NCBI GenBank assembly: GCA_002699485.1 | Contig: PAAV01000049.1 | Span: 61,981 to 125,980, forward strand | DNA from: Chloroflexota bacterium | GTDB lineage: Bacteria > Chloroflexota > Dehalococcoidia > Lucifugimonadales > UBA2962 | Direction of reading: 5' to 3' | Length of the DNA: 64,000 bases | Shown: in pieces, positions 1-9,236 of the stretch | How the letters are laid out: every line of letters begins with the position of its first letter | Position numbering within the stretch: position 1 is the first letter of the stretch | Translations under genes and position numbers: made by a program | Notes under the pieces: generated by a model | The model's database searches: none | The model's input: only the letters and a program-made list of their open reading frames with translations | What the model was told of the DNA's origin: nothing

Positions 1-507
1 AATGTAGGGTTATTGCTTGCAGGAACCCCCAGATTCGTGCCTGCCACCCCAGCAGGAATTCAAGAATTATTAATTCGAACTAATAATAATCCCTCTGGCA
101 AACATGTTGTTGTTTGTGGCAGATCCGATATCGTTGGAAAGCCAATTTCAGCTTTATTATTTCAGAAAGATAGGGCAGCTAATGCAACAGTTACTATATG
201 CCATACCGGTACAAAAGATATGAGTGCATTCACTCGCCAAGCAGATATTCTGATAGCTGCAGTGGGAATGCCTGAATTAATAACTTCAGATATGGTGTCA
301 GATGGGGTGGTCGTAATTGATGTGGGCATCAACCGAAAACCGGACTTATCAAGAAAGTCTGGCTATAAACTTGTAGGTGATGTTGAATATATTGGTGTTT
401 CAGGAAAAGCATCTGCAATAACTCCAGTACCTGGAGGTGTAGGCCCCATGACAATTGCGATGCTTTTGTATAACACTATGAAAGCTGCGAAATTAACTGC
501 TGAATAA
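1..507 (+). CDS. folD: Bifunctional methylene-THF dehydrogenase / methenyl-THF cyclohydrolase FolD, C-terminal part (5' end outside window)
   Basis: The frame is open from base 1 ([12 protein letters not shown]...), so the track start at 13 is an edge artefact. FolD signatures [29 protein letters not shown] and [17 protein letters not shown] are present. Confidence 0.9.
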   Translation, partial: NVGLLLAGTPRFVPATPAGIQELLIRTNNNPSGKHVVVCGRSDIVGKPISALLFQKDRAANATVTICHTGTKDMSAFTRQADILIAAVGMPELITSDMVSDGVVVIDVGINRKPDLSRKSGYKLVGDVEYIGVSGKASAITPVPGGVGPMTIAMLLYNTMKAAKLTAE

Positions 508-558
508 CTACTGAATGACGACAAACTCTGTTAAGACAGATGTTTTTTTTAACTGCAG

Positions 559-1623
559 CTATTTAAATTTCAAGGCTTTGGCTGGATTATCTATCAACAT
601 TGCATCAATTTGCCGTTGAGATATTCCTCGTTTAAGCATTCTGGGAATTATACTGTCTAGAATATGCGCAAATCCCCTCCCACCATATCTCACTGTTTCC
701 GGTTTAAGACAAACATCATGAGCCATCGTTATTTGACTACCTAATCCTTCAGAAATTAAATAGTCTAGCGATTCAAGACGTTGAGCATCACTAACAGAAG
801 TTGTGCTTACTTCTCCGCTCTCATATTCAAAACTTGTGTCTTCAGCTCCAAAACGGTCATATTCCAAATAGCAACCCGAACTAGCGAGCTCTTTTATAGC
901 TGACATAGGTCGAATGTTATCCAGGTGTCCAAAAATTATGTTATCCGCAGAAGCTCCGTTATCAGTTAAAACTTTTAAAATCTGAAGAGGAGAATCTGGA
1001 TGTATTCCGGGATGAATAAGTATAGGGGCTCCAGTTTCCACTTGGGCTTGGGCAGAAGCTCTTAGGATTTTGGTCTCATTTTCTCCTATAGGGTAGTAAT
1101 TGCCGATTTCTCCGATAACCCCAGTTTTTACTCCGGTATCTCCAACGCCAATAGTGACGTCTTTGACGATCTGTTCGGTTAGAGAGTCCTCTGTTCGGTC
1201 TGACATATCCTCAGGATGGGAGTCAATTACATAATAACTTCCGCCCATGATTATATTTAGACCCGTTGCACGTGATATACGTGCAAGAGCAAGAGGATCT
1301 CGTGCTATACCGATAGAAGTGGTGTCGACAATGGATCGACCTCCAGCATATTTATATTTAAGAATCTCTTCGATCGCTAGATTCTCATCAAACATCGTTT
1401 GTGCATCTTTACTATGGTAAAAATGTTTTCGTAGACTTCCTAACATCTCCATAGTTATTGGCTTATCTACTATTGCTCTGGCAGTTGCTTCTTCAGGCAT
1501 TCGAAAATAGCATGTGAGGTCGATTAATAAATGTTCATGAGTTAACGTGATTCCAAGCTCAGACGGGTGCCTTAACCCTAAAACTGTTTGTACCATTCCC
1601 TTCGCTTTGTTATCCATTTTCAA
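559..1623 (-). CDS. Phosphotriesterase-family (Php/PTE-like) metal-dependent hydrolase
   Basis: N-terminal GITLTHEHLLIDL (HxH metal motif). Later ILIHPG, FGHLD and MAHDV segments fit the TIM-barrel amidohydrolase pattern of PTE homology proteins. Confidence 0.75.
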   Translation of the reverse strand: MKMDNKAKGMVQTVLGLRHPSELGITLTHEHLLIDLTCYFRMPEEATARAIVDKPITMEMLGSLRKHFYHSKDAQTMFDENLAIEEILKYKYAGGRSIVDTTSIGIARDPLALARISRATGLNIIMGGSYYVIDSHPEDMSDRTEDSLTEQIVKDVTIGVGDTGVKTGVIGEIGNYYPIGENETKILRASAQAQVETGAPILIHPGIHPDSPLQILKVLTDNGASADNIIFGHLDNIRPMSAIKELASSGCYLEYDRFGAEDTSFEYESGEVSTTSVSDAQRLESLDYLISEGLGSQITMAHDVCLKPETVRYGGRGFAHILDSIIPRMLKRGISQRQIDAMLIDNPAKALKFK

Positions 1624-1724
1624 CTCCTGTATTAATAAAACCCTTCACGAAATCTGTTTCGAATTGCTTTAGAATTAGCAGACCAACATTTTATCCAGTA
1701 ATACTATACGCAATATATTGATCT

Positions 1725-2768
1725 ATGGGAACTAACAAATTTTTAAGCCTACAAGAGTACGATTACAATCTGCCAAAACAGTTGATCGCACAGTCTCCCT
1801 CCGAACCAAGGGACCATTCCAAGTTATTAGTATTTCACATTGATAAAGGACTTCTAGAGGATCGCCATTTTTACGATTTGCCTCATTATTTGACCAAAGG
1901 TGACGTGCTGGTTTTTAACGATACCAGGGTTATGCCAGCACGCTTGTTTGGAAAAACAGACAAGGGTTCGAAAGTCGAATTACTTTTACTAAAACAGATT
2001 CACGAAGACACTTGGCGTGCTCTTGTTAAACCTGGCTACAAAATGAGGAAAGGTGCTCAATTTTTTATTGGCAATAATGAATTGACCTGTAAAGTCGATT
2101 CTGTTGAAGATGAAGGTACGAGAGTAGTTGTTATTCCTAAAGAATTAAATTTGATGGAAGAAGGAGTGATTCCTGTTCCACCTTATATAACTCAAACATT
2201 GAACGATCCGGAGAGATATCAAACAATTTATTCATCTGTGCCAAAAAGCGTCGCTGCGCCAACAGCAGGATTACATTTCACAGACCAACTAATGGGAGAT
2301 CTCAGGAAAATAGGAGTGGAAATCATTTTTGCCACTTTGGATATAGGATGGGGAACGTTTCGCCCGATTTCGGCAGATAACATACATGATCACAAAATGG
2401 ACTCGGAGGAATTTTTGCTGCTTGAATCAGCAGCAAAAACGATAAACAAAGCTAAAGCCGAAGGGAGGAGAGTGATAAGCGTAGGGACTACCTGTGTAAG
2501 ACTTTTGGAATCCAACATTAAGGAAAATCGGGGTGCATCGAACTATATTATTGGCCACGGATCTGGGAGCACTAATTTATTTATAACTCCAGGGCACCAA
2601 TTCAAAATAATTGACGGTTTAGTGTCAAATTTTCATTTGCCAAAATCTACATTACTTTTGTTAGTAAGTGCATTGATAGGTAAAGAAAATTTATTTAAAA
2701 CGTATAATCATGCAGTCGACAATGGTTATCGATTTTATTCTTTTGGTGATGCTATGCTTATGATTTAA
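1725..2768 (+). CDS. queA: S-adenosylmethionine:tRNA ribosyltransferase-isomerase
   Basis: YDYNLPKQLIAQSPSEPRDHSKLLV N-terminus, AAPTAGLHFT and GTTCVRLLES. Length of 347 aa is typical. Confidence 0.9.
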   Translation: MGTNKFLSLQEYDYNLPKQLIAQSPSEPRDHSKLLVFHIDKGLLEDRHFYDLPHYLTKGDVLVFNDTRVMPARLFGKTDKGSKVELLLLKQIHEDTWRALVKPGYKMRKGAQFFIGNNELTCKVDSVEDEGTRVVVIPKELNLMEEGVIPVPPYITQTLNDPERYQTIYSSVPKSVAAPTAGLHFTDQLMGDLRKIGVEIIFATLDIGWGTFRPISADNIHDHKMDSEEFLLLESAAKTINKAKAEGRRVISVGTTCVRLLESNIKENRGASNYIIGHGSGSTNLFITPGHQFKIIDGLVSNFHLPKSTLLLLVSALIGKENLFKTYNHAVDNGYRFYSFGDAMLMI

Positions 2769-2889
2769 GTTGATTTATTAGCGAAAGTTTTGAGAACTTT
2801 ATATTATTACTGGTGTGTTTTATAAAATTAATTTAGTTTGTAGCAAGAATTAGGCTCATTAGAAAATACAAATAGCGAGGTTTCCATAA

Positions 2890-4029
2890 ATGGTTCATGA
2901 AATTAACCCTAACAGTATTTATAAAAATATTGGAGTAACACCTGTGATAAACGCAGCAGGTCCTATAACTATGTTCGGGGGTACTAAATTACGGCCAGAA
3001 GTGCATAGTGCAATGAATGCAGCGTCTCAGACAATGATTGACTTGCACCAGTTAAATGATAAGGCTGGAGAAATTTTAGCTTCATATGCTGGTGCAGAGG
3101 CTGGAATGGTCACTTCAGGGTCTGCAGGGGCACTGATATTACAGGCAGCAGCAGTAGTCGCTGGTAGCGACAAGAAAAAGATGCGCAAACTACCGAATAC
3201 CGAGGGGATGCGTAATGAGATCATAATTCATAATATCCATCGATTTCCATATGATCAATGTTATACAGCTGTTGGAGCGAAACTAGTAGGTGTAGGGGAT
3301 TTTCTAAGGTGTTTACCTTGGGAGTTGGAGGCTGCAATAAATGAAAACACGGCTGCCATTGCCTACCTCGACGCTCCTTTCGTATCAAGAAATGCTATGC
3401 CATTAAAAGAAGTAGTAGAGATTGCCCATAAACATGAGTTACCGGTGATTGTTGATGCGGCAACGATGATTCCACCAAGAAGTAACTTCACAAAATACAT
3501 AGAGCAAGGAGCTGATTTAGTCTTATATAGTGGCGGCAAAGGCATAAGGGGTCCACAAGGCACAGGCATTATGGTTGGAAGAAAAGATTTGATTCAGGCA
3601 GCCAGGGATAATGCATCTCCTAACCAATTTATTGGAAGAGGCCTTAAAGTTAGCAAGGAAGAGATAATCGGTCTCCTGCAATCAGTAGAACTATTAATGG
3701 CAACAAATGAAGATGAGGAAACAGCCATATTTCGTGATCTGTCTCAGATGGTGGTCGATGCTTTAATTGAGTTGCCAGGCCTCGATGTTTCTATCGAACA
3801 TGATTATAAAAATTATCTTATTCCAAATGCCGTATTCCGGTTTACCAAGGAATGGAATGGTCCATCTAGAGATGCTGTTTTAGAACGAATGAAGCAGGGC
3901 GAAACCCCAATCTATCTGTATTGGTTAGCTGGCCCTGATACTCTAGCTGTTGATCCGCTTAATGTTGATCAAGATGAGATGAGAATTGTCATATCTCGAC
4001 TGTTAGAAGAGCTAACTAAGAAAAATTAA
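2890..4029 (+). CDS. SelA-fold (COG1921-like) PLP-dependent enzyme, not a bona fide selenocysteine synthase
   Basis: IYKNIGVTPVINAAG N-terminus and GADLVLYSGGKGIRGPQGTGIMVG, with the presumed PLP lysine in GGK. Paralogous to 25246..26403. Confidence 0.6.
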   Translation: MVHEINPNSIYKNIGVTPVINAAGPITMFGGTKLRPEVHSAMNAASQTMIDLHQLNDKAGEILASYAGAEAGMVTSGSAGALILQAAAVVAGSDKKKMRKLPNTEGMRNEIIIHNIHRFPYDQCYTAVGAKLVGVGDFLRCLPWELEAAINENTAAIAYLDAPFVSRNAMPLKEVVEIAHKHELPVIVDAATMIPPRSNFTKYIEQGADLVLYSGGKGIRGPQGTGIMVGRKDLIQAARDNASPNQFIGRGLKVSKEEIIGLLQSVELLMATNEDEETAIFRDLSQMVVDALIELPGLDVSIEHDYKNYLIPNAVFRFTKEWNGPSRDAVLERMKQGETPIYLYWLAGPDTLAVDPLNVDQDEMRIVISRLLEELTKKN

Positions 4030-4072
4030 AAAGTCATAAAAGACATATATGTATTTAAAGGATAACTAAAAT

Positions 4073-5176
4073 TTGTTAGAAAGATTTAAAGTTCCAGAAG
4101 ATGACCAGATCCGTATTGATCATAAAGACTTAAGGAATACGGTATCAGCAATATTTTTAAAAATGGGTTGTTCTGAGGAACATTCTGCAGCAGGGGCTGA
4201 TACGCTTGTATCGACTGACCTAAGAGGCGTAGAAACTCACGGTGTTTCGAACATGTTGCGAGCTTATGTGAAGGAGTTTCAATCAGGAAAATTAAATTCT
4301 AAGCCTGAGGTTAAAGTTATAAGGGAAACACCTGGAACTGTTTCATTGGATGGAGATAGAGGATTAGGAGTCATACTTGCCCCAGGCGCAATGAAAAGAG
4401 CAATTGCAAAGGCAAAAAATGTTGGTATAGGCGTTTGTGTTATGCAAAATAGTGGTCACATGGGAGCAATAGGTCATCATGCTATGCTAGCCGCAAAAGA
4501 AGGTATGGTTGGAATGACCACTACCTCAGGCGGTTCTGGAACTAGGGTTTTTGTTTTACCCACGTTTGGAGCCGAACCAAGGTTTGGTACAAATCCCATA
4601 GCAATAGCTGCGCCTGCTAGAAGTCAGCCGTACCTACTTTTTGATGCAGCAACAAGTGCGATAGCTGGAAACAAAATCGGTTTAGCTGAAAGGGTGGGAT
4701 CAATGCTTGAACCGGGATGGATAGCAAAACTTGATGGGACTCCAATTGTTGATCCGGTGCATTCTCCAGGAAGTGGAAATTATTGGCAATTACCTTTAGG
4801 GGGAGTTAGAGAACAAGGTTCCCATAAGGGTTTTGGTCTGGCAATGATACCGGAGGTTTTAGGCACGATGCTATCGGGAGCTAGGCCAGGTATGTTACCA
4901 GGTGAAAGGTTAGCTCAGGATCATTATTTTGCTGCTTATAATATCGAGGCTTTTACTGACCCGGATCTGTTTTTAGACACTATGGATGAAATGCTTACTA
5001 CCTTGCGTGATACAAAACCTGCTCCAGGGCAAGATCGAGTGTTGTATCCAGGTCTTCCGGAATATGAGGAAGAACTCAATCGGATTGACAATGGTATCCC
5101 GCTCCATAAGGAAGTCATCGAATGGTTTGATGGGATAACTGCTGAACTGGAAATACCAAAGTTGCCTAGAAAATAA
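4073..5176 (+). CDS. Ldh2-family (malate/L-lactate/ureidoglycolate/sulfolactate dehydrogenase type 2) NAD(P)H oxidoreductase
   Basis: ETHGVSNMLRAYV, NSGHMGAIGHHA, GTNPIAIAAP and GSHKGFGLAM. TTG start with an AAAGGA upstream. Confidence 0.8.
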   Translation: MLERFKVPEDDQIRIDHKDLRNTVSAIFLKMGCSEEHSAAGADTLVSTDLRGVETHGVSNMLRAYVKEFQSGKLNSKPEVKVIRETPGTVSLDGDRGLGVILAPGAMKRAIAKAKNVGIGVCVMQNSGHMGAIGHHAMLAAKEGMVGMTTTSGGSGTRVFVLPTFGAEPRFGTNPIAIAAPARSQPYLLFDAATSAIAGNKIGLAERVGSMLEPGWIAKLDGTPIVDPVHSPGSGNYWQLPLGGVREQGSHKGFGLAMIPEVLGTMLSGARPGMLPGERLAQDHYFAAYNIEAFTDPDLFLDTMDEMLTTLRDTKPAPGQDRVLYPGLPEYEEELNRIDNGIPLHKEVIEWFDGITAELEIPKLPRK

Positions 5177-5192
5177 TAAGCGATACCTATCT

Positions 5193-6590
5193 TTAACCGA
5201 TAGGAGCCCTGGCTGCTTTACCAGGGAACACATCACCTTTTATTTTGCCTCCTGATACTAAAGGCACCCCATTTACAATCACATGATGAAAACCAGTTGA
5301 TACAGCAGATGGATTTGAATAGCTAGAATTATCAATAACTCGGACAGGATCAAAAATACAAATATCTGCGTCTGCACCTACTTTAATCCTGCCTTTTCTT
5401 GAGAAATCAGGTGCTCGTTTTTCTAGACGCTGAGCTGGCATTAAACTTGATTTACGAATTGCATCCATGAAAGTCATGGTTTTGTTTTGTCTAACAAATT
5501 CACCTAGGATTTTTGCGTAAGATCCTGAAGTTCTCGGATGGCCTTTTTTATTCTTTAGCCACCCGTCCGTGGCTATAGAGGTTAAAGGGCTCGTTACTGA
5601 AGCAATTACAGAAGCTTCAGGGATAAAATTCACTACTACCATACCGCCTAGCGTTCGGTATTTTTCAAAAGAGGTTTTATTCAATATCTCCCCTGTGCTT
5701 GGCCATAATAGTTGTTCGTAATTTACTCCAAGGTTTTCCTGCCATCCCTCGTCAAATATGGCAGATTCAATTAATGTCATTCCTGCGCTATAGGGATAAC
5801 ATTCGGTTGTTATATCGAGACCATTAATGCTTGAATGTTCTACTATTTCTAGAAGATCTTCAGTTACCGACAGGCCAACACTTGATATATGAACTACATG
5901 CAGGGCTGCGCCTGTTATCGTTGCATTTGCTATAACTTCTTGTATGCTCTCTATAGCACCTAATTTATTTCCTTTATCAGGTGGATTTCCCATACCGCGA
6001 ATATGAACATGACAAGGCGCAGAAAAACTCTTAGCTATTTTGAAGGCTTCGATAATTTCGGTTCTAGAAGCCCCTGGCGTATACTGCAATCCAAAACCAA
6101 CTGCTAACCCTCCACGTTTTAATCCAACATTTATAGTTTCTAGTATGCTTGTTAACTCCGTTTTGTTAGCTGTCCGATGAGCAGCATCCTTACTTGGGAT
6201 TAAACTGAACCCATCCTCCATAATAGATATTCGCGCTGGAATATGACCAGAACTGACACCATAGTTAATAGGGGTTTTATTTTTTCTGATGTCATACCAT
6301 TCATCGACGTCTGCGGTTCCCACTTCAAGTTCTAGGGCAGTAGTAACGCCATCCATTGCTTGAACCCGGTAGTTCTCTATGTCTTGTCCGTGGGCGTGTA
6401 GGTCTATAAATCCCGGAGATACTATTAATCCGGTTGCATCTATCTCCTCAACGCCTTGTAGCTTACTGCCCCATATGTCTTCGATAACACTAATTCTTCC
6501 ATTATTTATAGCAATATGTCTTTGCGTGTCTGTATCTGATTCTGGATCAATAACTCTGCCATTTTTTATCAACAGATCATGCGTTTGCAT
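5193..6590 (-). CDS. Amidohydrolase, N-acyl-D-amino-acid (D-glutamate/D-aspartate) deacylase-like
   Basis: LLIKNGRVIDPES followed by SPGFIDLHAHG (HxH). 465 aa, with a C-terminal beta-sandwich-like tail ending VIVNGVPLV. Confidence 0.65.
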   Translation of the reverse strand: MQTHDLLIKNGRVIDPESDTDTQRHIAINNGRISVIEDIWGSKLQGVEEIDATGLIVSPGFIDLHAHGQDIENYRVQAMDGVTTALELEVGTADVDEWYDIRKNKTPINYGVSSGHIPARISIMEDGFSLIPSKDAAHRTANKTELTSILETINVGLKRGGLAVGFGLQYTPGASRTEIIEAFKIAKSFSAPCHVHIRGMGNPPDKGNKLGAIESIQEVIANATITGAALHVVHISSVGLSVTEDLLEIVEHSSINGLDITTECYPYSAGMTLIESAIFDEGWQENLGVNYEQLLWPSTGEILNKTSFEKYRTLGGMVVVNFIPEASVIASVTSPLTSIATDGWLKNKKGHPRTSGSYAKILGEFVRQNKTMTFMDAIRKSSLMPAQRLEKRAPDFSRKGRIKVGADADICIFDPVRVIDNSSYSNPSAVSTGFHHVIVNGVPLVSGGKIKGDVFPGKAARAPIG

Positions 6591-6629
6591 AATTGGTTCC
6601 TTTCATGAAAATATAAACCTATTTGAAGA

Positions 6630-7211
6630 TTATGCTAATCGAAATATTCTTGCTACTTTTATAAAACATGTCGGCATGGGTTCCATGAGTTTCCTAAGCA
6701 GATATACAGGAATTATGGATAAAATGCCTATAATAGCTCCCATTAATACGTCACTAGGGTAATGTACTCCAACATAAACTCGGCTAAATGCCAAAATCCC
6801 TACTAGGACAAACAAGAGAAGTCCAAGTTTTTTATTAAATGTAGACACTACTGCAGCGATTGCAAAACATGCAGCCACAGAGTTCGAAGGGAAGGAGAAG
6901 TCTGTAGGCTTGTAAAAGAGTACTACTAGATCGTGTGTTAAAAACGGACGAGGACGTTCTATTAAAGCACTTATAAGCTGTGAAATGCCACTTGAAATTG
7001 CCATTGCAGCTAAGGCAGAAAACACACCTAGTTGATATTTATATCTTGTCTGTTTGTTATGCCCTATAAACCATATGTAAATTAAGGCAAGGCACAAACA
7101 AACAGGAATTAAATAGTCGCTTACGGTCCAGGATATGATTGAGTCTAATGATCTGTATTTACCATTCAAATCATTCAGTGCAAATAGAATTTTTTCATCT
7201 AAACTTAACAA
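6630..7211 (-). CDS. PAP2-family lipid phosphatase (BcrC/undecaprenyl-diphosphatase-like)
   Basis: Polytopic membrane protein with a C1-like ERPRP and the C3 motif SRVYVGVHYPSD. The C2 position reads PSNS instead of the usual PSGH. Confidence 0.7.
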   Translation of the reverse strand: MLSLDEKILFALNDLNGKYRSLDSIISWTVSDYLIPVCLCLALIYIWFIGHNKQTRYKYQLGVFSALAAMAISSGISQLISALIERPRPFLTHDLVVLFYKPTDFSFPSNSVAACFAIAAVVSTFNKKLGLLLFVLVGILAFSRVYVGVHYPSDVLMGAIIGILSIIPVYLLRKLMEPMPTCFIKVARIFRLA

Positions 7212-7692
7212 TGATCTTTGCTGCCAATTGATAGATTATATTTTTAGGTAAATCTGTGAAATGTTTTGCCAAATAAGCTCTCGAATTCCTTCGAAATTGA
7301 AAATACTCATCTTTGATGGCGAGGAAATAATTTTGTTCTCTTAGAGCATCCAGGTCATCGAAATCTTTATTGTCGCTACTAAATTTGAGATCGAAATTAA
7401 TTATAGAAGTGATTATTAAAGTTAATATAGTTCCAATCAAAGCCCCCACAAAGAAACCGACGGCCTGCCTATTTGCATCCAGACCTCCAGCTGTATCGTT
7501 AATATTGCGGTCTTCTGAAAGGAAAAACCAAAAAATGGAACCTATTATAATGGCTGCTCCGAATACCAGTGATGCAATACGTTGTCTTAGAATTAGCAAT
7601 GCCTGTAAACTTCCAAAATATGCAGCAATTTGTATTGACCCGATCGTACTACAACCGACAAAAATCATGTAGTCGACAAAGAAGAGGCTCAT
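7195..7692 (-). CDS. Hypothetical membrane protein (3-4 predicted TM segments, charged C-terminal tail)
   Basis: ORF with hydrophobic N-terminal two thirds. It overlaps the PAP2 gene by 17 nt and lies 10 nt downstream of ilvE on the same strand. No family recognised. Confidence 0.5.
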   Translation of the reverse strand: MSLFFVDYMIFVGCSTIGSIQIAAYFGSLQALLILRQRIASLVFGAAIIIGSIFWFFLSEDRNINDTAGGLDANRQAVGFFVGALIGTILTLIITSIINFDLKFSSDNKDFDDLDALREQNYFLAIKDEYFQFRRNSRAYLAKHFTDLPKNIIYQLAAKIIVKFR

Positions 7693-7702
7693 TTTATATT
7701 TG

Positions 7703-8635
7703 TTAGGAAGTACCCATTTTTACTGTATGACACCAGTGTTTATATTTGGGGTTATTGCCACGAACTGTTTCGGCATATATACCTCTGAGTTTTTCAGTTA
7801 TTGACCCGACGTCTCCATTTCCTACGGAACGATTATCAATTTTGCCTACAGGAGTGATATGTGCAGCAGTGCCCGTGAGGAAAACTTCGTCTGATAAATA
7901 CAGTTCGCTTCGTCTTATACGTCTTTCTATAACCTTCAGTCCGAGTTCAGATGTCGCAAGGGTAATAGCGCAGTCTCGAGTTATACCTGTAAGGTTATTA
8001 TCTGAGATTAATGGTGTGTGAATTTCATTTCCTACGACCATAAATAGATTTTCGCCGGTGCCTTCTGAGACTGCTCCATCTTGATTTAGCATTATCGCCT
8101 CGTCAAATCCTGCTAATATGGCCTCAGTTTTTGCCAAAATGCCATTTACATATGTGCCCGTAATCTTAACTCTTGGAGGGATGATTGTGTCATCGATACG
8201 TCGCCACGAAGAGGTACAACAGTTGATGGCGCCATCGGAATCTATGTAAGCTCCGAAAGGAATCATGATTAACGCAAAATCGCTACTTAACTCATGTAGT
8301 TTTAAGTTGGCAACCAGCTCTTCGCTTTTGTAAGCCAAAGGTCTAATATAAATATCTTCTTGGTATCCACATTCTTTTATTAGATTTTCAGTGATTTCAC
8401 ACAAGTCCTTTACAGAATACGGTATGTCTAGCATCAACATCTTGCATCCTAGTAGTAATCGCTCGTAATGCTCTTTCATTCGAAACACATACATTGATTT
8501 GTGTTCAGAGTTCCAATTACCTCGAATACCTTCAAAAACGCCTGTGCCGTAATGTAAAGCATGGGTACTTATGCTTAAGTTTGCTTCTTGAGAAGGTACA
8601 ATTTTGCCTCTAAAAAAAGCTAACGACTTAGACAT
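7703..8635 (-). CDS. ilvE: Branched-chain-amino-acid aminotransferase
   Basis: HALHYGTGVFEGIRG and SEGTGENLFMV motifs. 310 aa, fold-type IV aminotransferase pattern. Confidence 0.9.
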   Translation of the reverse strand: MSKSLAFFRGKIVPSQEANLSISTHALHYGTGVFEGIRGNWNSEHKSMYVFRMKEHYERLLLGCKMLMLDIPYSVKDLCEITENLIKECGYQEDIYIRPLAYKSEELVANLKLHELSSDFALIMIPFGAYIDSDGAINCCTSSWRRIDDTIIPPRVKITGTYVNGILAKTEAILAGFDEAIMLNQDGAVSEGTGENLFMVVGNEIHTPLISDNNLTGITRDCAITLATSELGLKVIERRIRRSELYLSDEVFLTGTAAHITPVGKIDNRSVGNGDVGSITEKLRGIYAETVRGNNPKYKHWCHTVKMGTS

Positions 8636-8743
8636 AATTCACCTTAGAACCGCTATTTTTATTAATAATCATAATTGGTTACAAACCTTATAAAATAATC
8701 CTGTAATTACCTAGTGGATGAGAGGCAATTTTTATAAAACTTA

Positions 8744-9202
8744 TTATTTACCTGATTGAGGTTCAGCAGGAATAATCTTTCTGATTGGATAATCGTTCAT
8801 ATTTTCTAACAATGATTGTATAACTTTAGGCGAAATATCTCTTGGGTAAGTGTTAACTGGCCACGAATTTTTCAACTTTTGGCTAATAGCAACAGCAGAA
8901 ATCGGCTTGTTTTTATTTGCTAAAACCGCACGGAAAACAGCTTCTTTGAGTGGCATGTCCGGCAAAAGATATTCTTGTGAGTCAATTGCTTTGACAGATA
9001 TATCTTTTACAAGCTCCTTTAGATTTGAACTAAGAACATTTTCCATGTTATCTGACTGCTTAACAGCATAATCCCTTCGATCTGCAATTATCATAGCTAC
9101 AGATCTATGTGAATCATTATTTAAATCAATAGCATATTTTATATTTTCAAGATCTTCATCAAATTCCAATTTAGTTTCCCGTAATTTTTTCATACTTCTC
9201 AA
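8744..9202 (-). CDS. Hypothetical protein
   Basis: 152-aa ORF co-directional with its neighbours. No recognisable family. The C-terminal half (PLKEAVFRAVLANKNKPISAVAISQKL) is vaguely winged-helix-like. Confidence 0.45.
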   Translation of the reverse strand: MRSMKKLRETKLEFDEDLENIKYAIDLNNDSHRSVAMIIADRRDYAVKQSDNMENVLSSNLKELVKDISVKAIDSQEYLLPDMPLKEAVFRAVLANKNKPISAVAISQKLKNSWPVNTYPRDISPKVIQSLLENMNDYPIRKIIPAEPQSGK

Positions 9203-9236
9203 ACCTCCTGACTAATAGTTTATATTGAGTAATGGA

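Noticed and set aside
508-558. Bidirectional terminator between the convergent folD and PTE-like genes (TCTGT-TAAG-ACAGA followed by a T8 run).
   Set aside because: The stem is only 5 bp, which is too weak to call with confidence.
2890-4029. Calling the SelA-fold proteins true selenocysteine synthases, and reading the window as a selenium-utilisation locus.
   Set aside because: No selB, selD or tRNA-Sec is seen. The formate-dehydrogenase-like gene has no in-frame TGA. Both copies sit in catabolic-looking contexts.
6379-6762. 127-aa plus-strand ORF spanning the junction of the deacylase and PAP2 genes.
   Set aside because: It runs antisense to two good genes and across their 39-nt spacer, with no SD and no family resemblance.
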